DNA of 63,266 nt. Origin: Clostridia bacterium. GTDB taxonomy: Bacteria > Bacillota > Clostridia > Oscillospirales > CAG-382. The stretch is from NCBI GenBank assembly GCA_017381715.1, contig JAFOBR010000050.1, positions 1-63,266 of the forward strand, read 5' to 3'. The notes beneath the pieces are model-generated. The model was not told where the DNA came from. It saw only the letters and a list, made by a program, of their open reading frames with translations, and made no database searches. Position 1 is the stretch's first letter; each line of letters opens with the position of its first letter. A program made the translations under genes and the position numbers. Positions 1 through 7,965 of the stretch are shown here, one piece after another.

Positions 1-19
1 GGACTTGGGATTTTTTTAT

Positions 20-211
20 CCAAGCCGTAGGCTTGGCATATCATCACCGCACAACGTGCGGTGTATATCATCAGCCCCTCGGGGCTGTATCTCATCACGC
101 GCCAGCGTGCATTTTCTTGCGGCTTGATGATATACAATGCTTCGCATTGATGATATACCGCAATAAGTTGCGGATGATATCCACGCCTTCGGCGTGATGT
201 GCGCTTCGCGC
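20..211. repeat. Hairpin-linker array 1: eight different GC-rich stem-loops joined by a conserved A/T-rich linker, arranged as two mutually inverted blocks
   Basis: Stem-loops at 20-36 (CCAAGCC/GTA/GGCTTGG), 47-61 (CCGCAC/AAC/GTGCGG), 74-85, 96-109, 135-149 (CAATGC/TTC/GCATTG), 158-173 (CCGCAA/TAAG/TTGCGG), 182-196 (CACGCC/TTC/GGCGTG), 201-211. Linkers CATATCATCA 37-46, TGTATATCATCA 62-73, TGTATCTCATCA 86-97, then the reverse complement TGATGATATA at 125-134 and 148-157 and GGATGATAT at 172-180. Period 23-27 nt. Confidence 0.85.
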
Positions 212-234
212 AAACGGATTTTTCACCTCGTGTC

Positions 235-262
235 TTGAAAAACACCGAAAATGTGCTATAAT
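235..262 (+). promoter_or_regulatory. Sigma-A type promoter for the lipoprotein gene
   Basis: TTGAAA 235-240, 16 nt spacer ending in TGC (extended -10), TATAAT 257-262. Confidence 0.5.
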
Positions 263-286
263 GAATCCAAGAAAGGCGGTGGAGCT

Positions 287-730
287 ATGAAAAAAAGTAT
301 TTTTATTGCGGTACTTTGTCTTTTATCGGTTTTATTGGTTTCATGCACTGTTCCATATTCCTTTATGCATGGCGAGCCGGACATTGATACGATCAAAATT
401 GAGATCGTTAATTTGGAAACAGAGATGGGAAATCATGCCGGCTCCCCTTACAACGAGGAGAATACTTCGGTTATAAAGGTTATAGAAACCGATAAAAATG
501 AAGAATTTCTTTCCGATTTTAAGAAGATCAAGAGTTATCAACCGTATTTTGGTAGCAGGATAGATAGCATTACCGGAGAGGCAATTCGTATCACTTACGC
601 CAATGGAGATATTGAGTTGATCACACACCATGGCACTGCTACAGTAACGAACGGAGAAATTTGGAATCAAACAATAACCTTTGATTTAGATGCTTTTTCT
701 GAATTAATAGATAAATATTCTAAAAATTAA
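287..730 (+). CDS. Small hypothetical lipoprotein
   Basis: ATG at 287 behind GGTGGAG; signal peptide MKKSIFIAVLCLLSVLLVSC with lipobox; the upstream part of ORF 251..730 overlaps the promoter. Confidence 0.75.
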   Translation: MKKSIFIAVLCLLSVLLVSCTVPYSFMHGEPDIDTIKIEIVNLETEMGNHAGSPYNEENTSVIKVIETDKNEEFLSDFKKIKSYQPYFGSRIDSITGEAIRITYANGDIELITHHGTATVTNGEIWNQTITFDLDAFSELIDKYSKN

Positions 731-757
731 TTAGCATCTTTTCTGTCAACACGTGCC

Positions 758-792
758 AAAAAATCCTGAAAGCATCGCTTTCAGGATTTTTT
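758..792 (+). terminator. Intrinsic terminator
   Basis: TCCTGAAAGC/ATC/GCTTTCAGGA stem 764-786 followed by TTTTTT. Confidence 0.85.
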
Positions 793-797
793 CATTA

Positions 798-866
798 GTG
801 CCGCAAGGCACAACATCATTTGCGTGCAACGCACGCAACATCATTTAGCCGAAGGCTAACATCTTT
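798..866. repeat. Hairpin-linker array 2: three different stem-loops each followed by AACATCATT(T)
   Basis: GTGCC/GCAA/GGCAC 798-811, TGCGTGC/AAC/GCACGCA 821-837, AGCC/GAA/GGCT 847-857; linkers AACATCATT 812-820, AACATCATTT 837-846, degenerate AACATCTTT 858-866. Confidence 0.8.
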
Positions 867-883
867 CGCTTATCATAAATCGA

Positions 884-911
884 TTGACAATCTGCCGCTT
901 TATGATATAAT
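884..911 (+). promoter_or_regulatory. Sigma-A type promoter for the MFS gene
   Basis: TTGACA 884-889, 16 nt spacer with TGA, TATAAT 906-911. Confidence 0.55.
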
Positions 912-932
912 AATACAAAAGGCGGTGAAGTA

Positions 933-2150
933 ATGAAAAAGTTGTGGAATAAGGATTTCGTTTTGCTTTTGCAGGGCAACGCTGTGAGTACTCTCGGGGA
1001 CGTAATATACAGCGTGGCTATCGGCTTCTGGGTATATCAGACCACCGGCTCCAGCGCATTGATGGGAATTATGTCCTCGATCTCGATGTTTATAACTATG
1101 TTCTTTTCGCCGTTCTGCGGCAGTATCGTTGATAAAAGCAACAGAAAATGGCTGATCGTTACCATAGATACGGTTCAGGGCGTCGTTATGCTTACGGTGG
1201 GCGTTCTGGCATATATGAACGCGCTTAACATTCCCGTAGTTCTGATCGCCGCTTTATTGGCTGCTTTCGGAAGCGTATTTTATTCTCCCGCAATAAGCAC
1301 CATAATGCTGGATATAATCCCCCGCGACGATATGGTCAGGGGGCAATCCATACATTCAGGTATCGGATCGTTTATAAATCTTATCGGCTCTGCCTTCGGC
1401 GGAGCGATGGTTGCCTTTCTCGGAGTGCCTTTCGTCGTGATAATCAACGGCTTCAGCAACCTTTATTCCGCTTTTACCGAGCTTTTTGTGCGTATACCAA
1501 AGACGGTAAAGCAGGGGGAAGCTGTTACCGTAAAAGGCTTGCTCGGCGACCTGCAGAGCGCAATGAAGATAATTTTTTCGGATAAATGCCTTAAGATATT
1601 CGTTCCTTCCGCGCTTATTCTCAATCTTCTCGCGGCGGGACCGCTTGCGCTTACTCTTCCGTTTTGTATGGAAAAAGGCTTTTCCGTAGACGCATACGGA
1701 TATCTGGTTTCCATATTTTCGGCGGCGTACGTTGTGGGCGCCTTGGCTTTGGGCGCGGTAAAGCTTAAGCCCAAAACACGCTTTTGGGTTATGAGCCTCG
1801 GCTTTTCCTTGTCCGTTCCTTGCTTTATCGGTATTTATTTTTCAAATTCCTTTCTTCCTATGAGCATCTTCGCCTTTGCGGCAGGTCTTTTGAATATTGC
1901 AGGTAACTCTGTGTTCAACGCCGCGATGATGCTTGCGTTGCCCGAAGAAAACCGAAGCGCAATTCTGGGCTTTATCAGCTCTGCTTCCGTGGGAGGCACC
2001 GCACTTTCCGCATTGATCTACGGCTTTTTGGGCGAATTTTTCCCCTTGTATATCATCTTTGCCATCGGCAACGCCATTTCTCTCGTTCCGATGCTGTATG
2101 TGTGCTTTCACCCCGAGACCAAGCGTTTCGTGCTGGAGCATTGCGAGTAA
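933..2150 (+). CDS. MFS transporter (MFS_3/EntS-like)
   Basis: 405 aa, about 12 hydrophobic helices, N-terminus typical of MFS_3 exporters. Confidence 0.85.
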   Translation: MKKLWNKDFVLLLQGNAVSTLGDVIYSVAIGFWVYQTTGSSALMGIMSSISMFITMFFSPFCGSIVDKSNRKWLIVTIDTVQGVVMLTVGVLAYMNALNIPVVLIAALLAAFGSVFYSPAISTIMLDIIPRDDMVRGQSIHSGIGSFINLIGSAFGGAMVAFLGVPFVVIINGFSNLYSAFTELFVRIPKTVKQGEAVTVKGLLGDLQSAMKIIFSDKCLKIFVPSALILNLLAAGPLALTLPFCMEKGFSVDAYGYLVSIFSAAYVVGALALGAVKLKPKTRFWVMSLGFSLSVPCFIGIYFSNSFLPMSIFAFAAGLLNIAGNSVFNAAMMLALPEENRSAILGFISSASVGGTALSALIYGFLGEFFPLYIIFAIGNAISLVPMLYVCFHPETKRFVLEHCE

Positions 2151-2171
2151 AAACTACCTTTTAACGGCGGT

Positions 2172-2867
2172 GTGAATATGAAGATATATTTTGTCCGTCA
2201 CGGACATCCCGATTATAAAACAGATTCCCTTACTGAGCTTGGCAAAAAACAAGCGGAGGCTGCGGCGGAACGGCTTAAAAACTGTAATATAGAACGTGTT
2301 TTCGCATCCTCAAAGGGCAGAGCCGTTCAAACAGCGGAATACACCGCTAAGCTGTTCGGGCTTGAGGTGATACAATGCGATTTTATACGGGAGATCGGCT
2401 GGGGTAGCGCAGACGGAGAGCCTATGTTCGGCAACGGTCAGCCCTGGGTCATATCCGAAAAGTACATATCCGAAGGAAAAAGCATTTCGGAAAAAGACTG
2501 GCAGAATGACGAGCTTTTCAAAAATAACGTTGTTGTCGATAGTTATAAAACCGTAGCGGAGGGCTTGGACGAATGGCTGAAGCAGCTCGGATATAAAAGG
2601 GAAGGGGATTACTATCGCGTAACCGGAGAAAACGTCTGCCGAAACGTTGCGATGTTCAGCCACGCAGGTTCCTCTTCGGCGGCGCTTTCCCATATGTTTA
2701 ATATTCCTTTTCCCCGGATGTGCGGAATAATAGATATCGAATGTACCTCCGTAACCGTGGTCGAGCTTTCCGGTAAAACCGGCGACCTCGTTTCACCCAA
2801 GCTCCGCATCGTAAACGATGCAAAGCATACGGAAGGCATTTGCGTCGATAATTTTTACGGAAACTGA
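2172..2867 (+). CDS. Histidine phosphatase family protein (phosphoglycerate mutase-like)
   Basis: N-terminal IYFVRHGHPDY (RHG motif); the start may be ATG 2178 rather than GTG 2172. Confidence 0.85.
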   Translation: MNMKIYFVRHGHPDYKTDSLTELGKKQAEAAAERLKNCNIERVFASSKGRAVQTAEYTAKLFGLEVIQCDFIREIGWGSADGEPMFGNGQPWVISEKYISEGKSISEKDWQNDELFKNNVVVDSYKTVAEGLDEWLKQLGYKREGDYYRVTGENVCRNVAMFSHAGSSSAALSHMFNIPFPRMCGIIDIECTSVTVVELSGKTGDLVSPKLRIVNDAKHTEGICVDNFYGN

Positions 2868-2888
2868 TTAAAGAAAGGAAACTGTGAA

Positions 2889-3398
2889 ATGAGCAAGGAT
2901 TACAACGTGTTTTTAAAATATCCCGAAAATATCAAAGCTTCGGATTTTGAATCCTTTGCATACAAGCAGGGCTATTTTATAAGGGTATTTCCTTCGGAAA
3001 ATTATACCGCTCATTCCGGATTCCTGCCCTTTAACCTTTATTTGAATTTCATTGACCGGATTTTACCGTACGATTCTTTCGTTTCCGGCTTTGAGACGTA
3101 TTTTTCCGATTACCGTTCACAGGATTATGACGGGGAGTTTAACTCTTTGGTCAACAATCCCAAATCCGTAATGTTAATGTGTATAAGCGATATGGATTCT
3201 CTTGAAGAACTGTCCGCTTTGATCTGGGCTGAATATCTGTGCGAATATTGCGGCGGCGTTCTTTACGATCCTCAGACCGATACTTTGTATTCCGATCCGT
3301 CTGTAATAGACGCGCTTATATATCGGCAAAAAGAGGAATTGATAAGATTATCTGCACAAAACGCATTGAAGCTTCATGAGTTTACCGGCTGGAGGTAG
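2889..3398 (+). CDS. Hypothetical protein
   Basis: 169 aa ORF with GGAAA-type RBS; no motif recognised. Confidence 0.6.
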   Translation: MSKDYNVFLKYPENIKASDFESFAYKQGYFIRVFPSENYTAHSGFLPFNLYLNFIDRILPYDSFVSGFETYFSDYRSQDYDGEFNSLVNNPKSVMLMCISDMDSLEELSALIWAEYLCEYCGGVLYDPQTDTLYSDPSVIDALIYRQKEELIRLSAQNALKLHEFTGWR

Positions 3399-3464
3399 AC
3401 GATATATCGATTAATACGCTTCAATGTATCGTCCTGACATTTAATTCAGAAAGTCGGTGAAACC

Positions 3465-4238
3465 TTGTATTCTTTCTTACATAAACTTTTATCTGATAAA
3501 AAGGGCGGAGAAATTTTTACCTTATTTGGCGCTTGGCATTTTTTATATATTGGATTAACGCTGTTTACGGTCATCGCCGTTCTGCTGTGTTTTAAGAACA
3601 AAAACGCCGATTTAAAACAAAAAGCAACCCGTATTTTTATAAATATAGGCTTCGGTCTGTATATTTTAGACATCTTTTTGATGCCTCTCGCTTATGGAGA
3701 GATTGATATCGAGAAGTTGCCTTTTCACGCCTGCACGGCTATGTGTCTTATGTGTTTTTTAAGTTATCACATCCGTTTTCTTGAAAAGTACAGGCGGTCT
3801 TTCGTTCTGCTCGGCTTTATATCCAATCTCGTTTATCTTATATATCCCGCAGGCGTTATGTGGCACGCTGTGCATCCGCTTTCCTACAGAGTAATACAAA
3901 CTTTGCTTTTTCATAGTGTTATGACGATATACGGCTTCCTTACTTTAATTTTTGAGTGCGAAAAAATCAACCTCAGAAAATGGTATCGTGATCTATCTGT
4001 CATTGTCTGTATGACATTATGGGCAATTCTTGGGAACTATGTGTATAACGGAACTTCGGACAGATACTCCCACTTCTATAATTGGTTTTTCGTTGTGCGT
4101 GATCCGTTTTATGCGATTCCCGAATCGGTTTCGCCTTTCATAATGCCGTTTTTGAATATAGCATTGTTTTTTACGGCAGAAATAATCATCTGTTTAATTC
4201 TCCGCGGAATAAGAGGTATAAAGACATATGACAAATAA
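3465..4238 (+). CDS. Integral membrane protein, tentatively YwaF/TIGR02206-like
   Basis: 257 aa, about 7 TM helices, TTG start; the family call is from memory of the N-terminal FxLFxxxH pattern only. Confidence 0.6.
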   Translation: MYSFLHKLLSDKKGGEIFTLFGAWHFLYIGLTLFTVIAVLLCFKNKNADLKQKATRIFINIGFGLYILDIFLMPLAYGEIDIEKLPFHACTAMCLMCFLSYHIRFLEKYRRSFVLLGFISNLVYLIYPAGVMWHAVHPLSYRVIQTLLFHSVMTIYGFLTLIFECEKINLRKWYRDLSVIVCMTLWAILGNYVYNGTSDRYSHFYNWFFVVRDPFYAIPESVSPFIMPFLNIALFFTAEIIICLILRGIRGIKTYDK

Positions 4239-4737
4239 CCAGATAATGAAAAAGCATTTGGAGCTTAACGTCATAGGTCCGCTTCTGTCACAAGGATTCA
4301 CAGGGAAATATCCCCATTTCAGACGAGTAAAAGAAGACTGTATTGAGCTTATTTCTTTTCAAACCAATAAACACGGCGGCTCTTTTACCGTTGAGGTTTC
4401 TGCAGTTTTCCCCGACAAGGAAAATAAAAATTACGTTTCAGGCAACAACTTGTCCGTAAATGAATTAACCGTGTGGGACACTAACGAACGTTATCGCTTA
4501 AAAGGAATGTATGACGGTTGGTTTTTTTACCGTGATCTGTATTCCAAATATATTTTGGGGTTCGGCAAGGACTATATTGATATGAGTGAAAATACCGCAG
4601 ATCCCACCGTCCCGAAAGGGTATAAGCTTGTTCAACGGTTTAACGAAGATACCGCAGAACGGATCTGTAAAGAGGTCAATAAGCAGCTTATTAAGGCTTT
4701 TAAGTGGCTTCATAAATTTGAAAAATGCAGCCTGTGA
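4228..4737 (+). CDS. Hypothetical protein, tentatively DUF4304-like
   Basis: 169 aa; GFTGKYPHFRRV...ISFQTNKHGGSFTVEV resembles the DUF4304 pattern; overlaps the previous gene by 11 nt. Confidence 0.6.
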   Translation: MTNNQIMKKHLELNVIGPLLSQGFTGKYPHFRRVKEDCIELISFQTNKHGGSFTVEVSAVFPDKENKNYVSGNNLSVNELTVWDTNERYRLKGMYDGWFFYRDLYSKYILGFGKDYIDMSENTADPTVPKGYKLVQRFNEDTAERICKEVNKQLIKAFKWLHKFEKCSL

Positions 4738-4750
4738 AGGAGGTACAAAT

Positions 4751-5095
4751 ATGAAAAAAGCTTTTACGATTGTTTCTTTATCTTTTCAAGGTTTGCATAC
4801 TTTTGTATGTCTGCTGCAGATTACACTTTGCCTTATATACAAAAATACCGCTAACGCTGCTATTACAGATGGTTTACTTTCTGTCATGATCTTACTCCTT
4901 TTGCCGGTAACCTTTACTCTCGTACCCTTACTTATCAGTTTTGTCTTTAACGTTATTAAAACCGTCTTGTGCTTTATAGACAAATCTCCTCGACGCATTT
5001 TGTGGCTGATCTGGATTTTTCTTTCCCCAATTCTTTATATTGCCTGTTTTTGGCCCGCCGCTGGTCTTTTTGTTACCGTAACCGGCGGAGTATGA
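4751..5095 (+). CDS. Small membrane protein
   Basis: ATG 4751 behind GGAGG; 114 aa with 3-4 hydrophobic helices; the upstream part of ORF 4586.. overlaps the previous gene. Confidence 0.6.
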   Translation: MKKAFTIVSLSFQGLHTFVCLLQITLCLIYKNTANAAITDGLLSVMILLLLPVTFTLVPLLISFVFNVIKTVLCFIDKSPRRILWLIWIFLSPILYIACFWPAAGLFVTVTGGV

Positions 5096-5122
5096 TTTCT
5101 TTTTAATTGTATGGAGGCTTAT

Positions 5123-5698
5123 ATGAACTACTGCGAAAAATGTTATAATCTTTGCGAAGACAGCGTTTGCGAATTTTGCGGCAATAAAAAGCTTCGAACT
5201 GTCAGCGCCGATGATTATTGTTTTCTTGTTGAAACGGAGCAGACCAACGGAGAAATGATCTGCGATATTTTTGAACAAGAAGGCATTAAACATACGGTTA
5301 TCCCCACGGGAAACGGTGTGAGGTCCAATTTCGGATTGAGCCTTGAGAATTACGAGATATACGTTCAATATAAATCTCTTGACTTAGCAAACGAAATAGT
5401 GAATTCTTTCGCAGAACAGGCGGTTTCCGTTTATAAAAACGAGCTTTTGGATAATTTTGAAAAATGGTTTATTGCAAAGCCGAAATACGAAGAAAAATGG
5501 AAAAAGAAGCTGGGTTTAAGGGATATAAATATTATCGACTTTTCCAAATCCTGTGTTGAGGATGCAGAGCAGATTGTTGACGGCGGTATGGTTTTAAGCA
5601 GTACCGTTGGCGGCCATTATTACACAGTGTATGCGAAAAAAGCGGTAATTCTGTTCAACTCCGCATCCTTTGAGATACTGTCTGTTGAAAAGGCTTAA
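5123..5698 (+). CDS. Hypothetical protein with N-terminal zinc-ribbon (CxxC...CxxC)
   Basis: ATG 5123 five nt after TGGAGG; MNYCEKCYNLCEDSVCEFCGNKK. Confidence 0.65.
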   Translation: MNYCEKCYNLCEDSVCEFCGNKKLRTVSADDYCFLVETEQTNGEMICDIFEQEGIKHTVIPTGNGVRSNFGLSLENYEIYVQYKSLDLANEIVNSFAEQAVSVYKNELLDNFEKWFIAKPKYEEKWKKKLGLRDINIIDFSKSCVEDAEQIVDGGMVLSSTVGGHYYTVYAKKAVILFNSASFEILSVEKA

Positions 5699-6303
5699 AT
5701 ATCCATTCTTTTCAGTTCCGTTAATATGTTTTCCTGACGGTGTGCGTCTATAGGCGTATACCGTCCTTTTTGTCCTATTTCCAGTATTTTTCCTACGTGC
5801 TTATATCCCAAAACTGCGGGTGGCAGGTGAGTAACCGCATCGTCGATATTTCGCACTACAGTAAAGTTATCCCAACGGTTATCGGGAATTTCTCCCCATA
5901 TCACACGGGGGCATCCGAAACCGTAACCAAAGATATTTTCTCGCAGGTCGGGACGGTTAAACCAAACGTTTTCATAACACAGCACCGCGATTGCGGCACC
6001 GTGGGAATATCCCACGCAGGTAATTCCTTCAATTTTTTTATTAAAAATATCAGCTTTCACCTTTTCTTCTATCTCTTTCCACACTTTTAAAAATCCTCGG
6101 TGAGCAAACCACACCGTTTTTCCCATTCTGCGGTAAGGAACTGCGGGAAAATCGAAATTTATCTTCCAATCGTTTTCACCATCGGATTTTTCGAAATATA
6201 AATAAAGTTTACCCTCTTTTATTTCAGTTGTGTAATTTGCGCTTTTTCCTGTCTGAAAATAGGGAATATATAAACATCTTTTAAAAAGCTCGTAAAGTTT
6301 CAT
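5695..6303 (-). CDS. Class 3 lipase family protein
   Basis: GYSHGAAIA (GxSxG nucleophile elbow), 202 aa, no signal peptide. Confidence 0.75.
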   Translation of the reverse strand: MKLYELFKRCLYIPYFQTGKSANYTTEIKEGKLYLYFEKSDGENDWKINFDFPAVPYRRMGKTVWFAHRGFLKVWKEIEEKVKADIFNKKIEGITCVGYSHGAAIAVLCYENVWFNRPDLRENIFGYGFGCPRVIWGEIPDNRWDNFTVVRNIDDAVTHLPPAVLGYKHVGKILEIGQKGRYTPIDAHRQENILTELKRMDI

Positions 6304-6415
6304 ATCTATCTGCTTTCCAATGTTTTTATATTCAGTTTATGTTTAAATATATTTTTTGTTGAATTTCGGTAAAATTTCTGCTATAATGTTGCAAGTTTAA
6401 ATTCAGGTGGCAGAT

Positions 6416-7177
6416 ATGAGTGATAATAAAACAAAAAAAATAACACCGGTCTCGGTGCTTCATTGTATAAAGCTTGTGGGCAGAACCGCTTTGCTCGTTT
6501 CCGCAATATGCGTTTATATTTACAGCCGTATAAACTTTCCCGGCGAGCTGTTTGCGGGAATCGAAAACAACAAGCTGTTTTTACTTTCCTTGTGGATAAT
6601 ATTTTTTGTGGAAATGCTGTTCCGCTTTTTGCCCTCACGTCTTGAGAGTCCGGGGTGCCAGAAGGTGTTTAAAAAACGGTTTGTTCCCACTGAAACTCCC
6701 AAAACAAAGCTTACCTCCCGGCGTTCAACCCTTGCGGTATTTTTAGCTTGGGTCGGCTTAAACGGCATATTCGGTGCTCTTTATTTAATCGGTGTTATTG
6801 ATGCCGGTATACTTATTCTTATAAGCCTTGCATATTCGGTGTGCGACATGATATGCATACTGTTCTTCTGTCCTTTTCAGACATGGTTTATGAAAAACCG
6901 TTGCTGCGTAACCTGTCGTATATATAATTGGGATTACGCTATGATGTTTACTCCCTTGGTATTTATTGGTAACTTTTTTGCCATAAGCCTTTTTGCTGTA
7001 TCTATGATATTGGTTTTAGTATGGGAAATAACTGTGCGTACGCATCCTGAACGTTTTTCCGAAACCACAAACGCTTGTCTTTCCTGCGCCAATTGTACGG
7101 AAAAGCTTTGTCGGCACAAAAAACAGCTTCGTGGCTTTATAAAGAAGAACAAGGACATTTTGTTCCCCAAAAAATAA
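6416..7177 (+). CDS. Cys-rich multi-pass membrane protein (uncharacterised)
   Basis: ATG 6416 after CAGGTGG; 5-6 TM helices; CPFQ...NRCCVTC and C-terminal CLSCANCTEKLC. Confidence 0.7.
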   Translation: MSDNKTKKITPVSVLHCIKLVGRTALLVSAICVYIYSRINFPGELFAGIENNKLFLLSLWIIFFVEMLFRFLPSRLESPGCQKVFKKRFVPTETPKTKLTSRRSTLAVFLAWVGLNGIFGALYLIGVIDAGILILISLAYSVCDMICILFFCPFQTWFMKNRCCVTCRIYNWDYAMMFTPLVFIGNFFAISLFAVSMILVLVWEITVRTHPERFSETTNACLSCANCTEKLCRHKKQLRGFIKKNKDILFPKK

Positions 7178-7269
7178 TAGTTTTTTATGCACTCCTTTAA
7201 AGGCAGTGCATATTTTTTACTTTTTTGGGAAAAACTTACTGTGTACTAACAGAAAGTGAGGTAAATTCA

Positions 7270-7443
7270 ATGTCACCCAAAGAACTTCTTTATATCGAAG
7301 ATGCGCTCGGTCACGAAAAACAGATCAAAGCAACATGTACCCAGTGTGCCGAGATCATTCAGGACAAACAGCTTAAAGAATTGGTTTCCGAAATAGCAAG
7401 TAAGCACGCAAATACCTTTACTGATCTTTACCGGCTGCTTTAA
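7270..7443 (+). CDS. Small protein usually paired with CotF-like coat protein
   Basis: ATG 7270 after GTGAGG; 57 aa; directly upstream of the coat-F domain gene. Confidence 0.6.
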   Translation: MSPKELLYIEDALGHEKQIKATCTQCAEIIQDKQLKELVSEIASKHANTFTDLYRLL

Positions 7444-7457
7444 AAGGAGGCGAAAAT

Positions 7458-7709
7458 ATGCTTGACGACAGACAGTTAATGGAAAATCTTTTGCTAAATT
7501 TAAAAGGTGAATGCGATCTTTTAATGCACGGTGCGGTGGAATCCTCCACTCCTCAGGTTCATTCGGCGTTTTCAAAGGCATTTAACGATACCTTGAAAAT
7601 GCAGAACGAGGTGTACGCCGCTATGGCGAACAAGGGCTGGTATCCTTCTACAAAAGCGGAACAACAGCAGATAGATACCTTAAAGCAAAAATACAGCTCG
7701 GGATGTTAA
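7458..7709 (+). CDS. Spore coat protein F (Coat_F domain) family
   Basis: MLDDRQLMENLLLNLKGECDLLMHGAVESSTPQV...MQNEVYAAMANKGWYP matches the Coat F pattern. Confidence 0.75.
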   Translation: MLDDRQLMENLLLNLKGECDLLMHGAVESSTPQVHSAFSKAFNDTLKMQNEVYAAMANKGWYPSTKAEQQQIDTLKQKYSSGC

Positions 7710-7813
7710 ATGTTAATATCTGAAGTCGGTCATACCGGCTTCTTTTTTATAAAACTTTGCATAAGTACTTGAATTTTATGAAAAAATGTTTATTATATAC
7801 TTGTAAATAAATA

Positions 7814-7927
7814 CGGAAAGTACGAGTAGAGCACAGTGCGTTAAGTATCGGCAGGATGGGAGTGAGGCCGCCGGGCGAAGGAGTTTACTCCGCGGTACTG
7901 TGTTCGCATCCGCGTTCGGCTTTTCCG
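7814..7927 (+). promoter_or_regulatory. THF (tetrahydrofolate) riboswitch aptamer
   Basis: GAGUAG...GCGUUAAGU...GGAUGGGA...CGAAG...CGCGGU...CGCAUCCGC blocks in the order of the folT-motif consensus (compared with the Eubacterium siraeum THF aptamer from memory); upstream of folT. Confidence 0.85.
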
Positions 7928-7934
7928 TTTCCTC

Positions 7935-7965
7935 CCTCCTCTCATTTTGAAAAGGAGGCTTTTTT
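7935..7965 (+). terminator. Riboswitch expression platform: hairpin that pairs the RBS, followed by a T-tract
   Basis: CCTCCT 7935-7940 pairs with AGGAGG 7953-7958 (the folT SD); CTTTTTT 7959-7965 runs into ATG 7966. Confidence 0.7.

Noticed and set aside
20-211. Possible CRISPR array
   Set aside because: The conserved unit is only 10-12 nt and the variable units are 11-17 nt palindromes. The orientation flips mid-array, and there are no cas genes or leader. It does not fit CRISPR architecture.
16-213. 65 aa minus-strand ORF
   Set aside because: It lies entirely inside hairpin-linker array 1 and has no RBS. Its reading frame is a by-product of the GC-rich palindromes.
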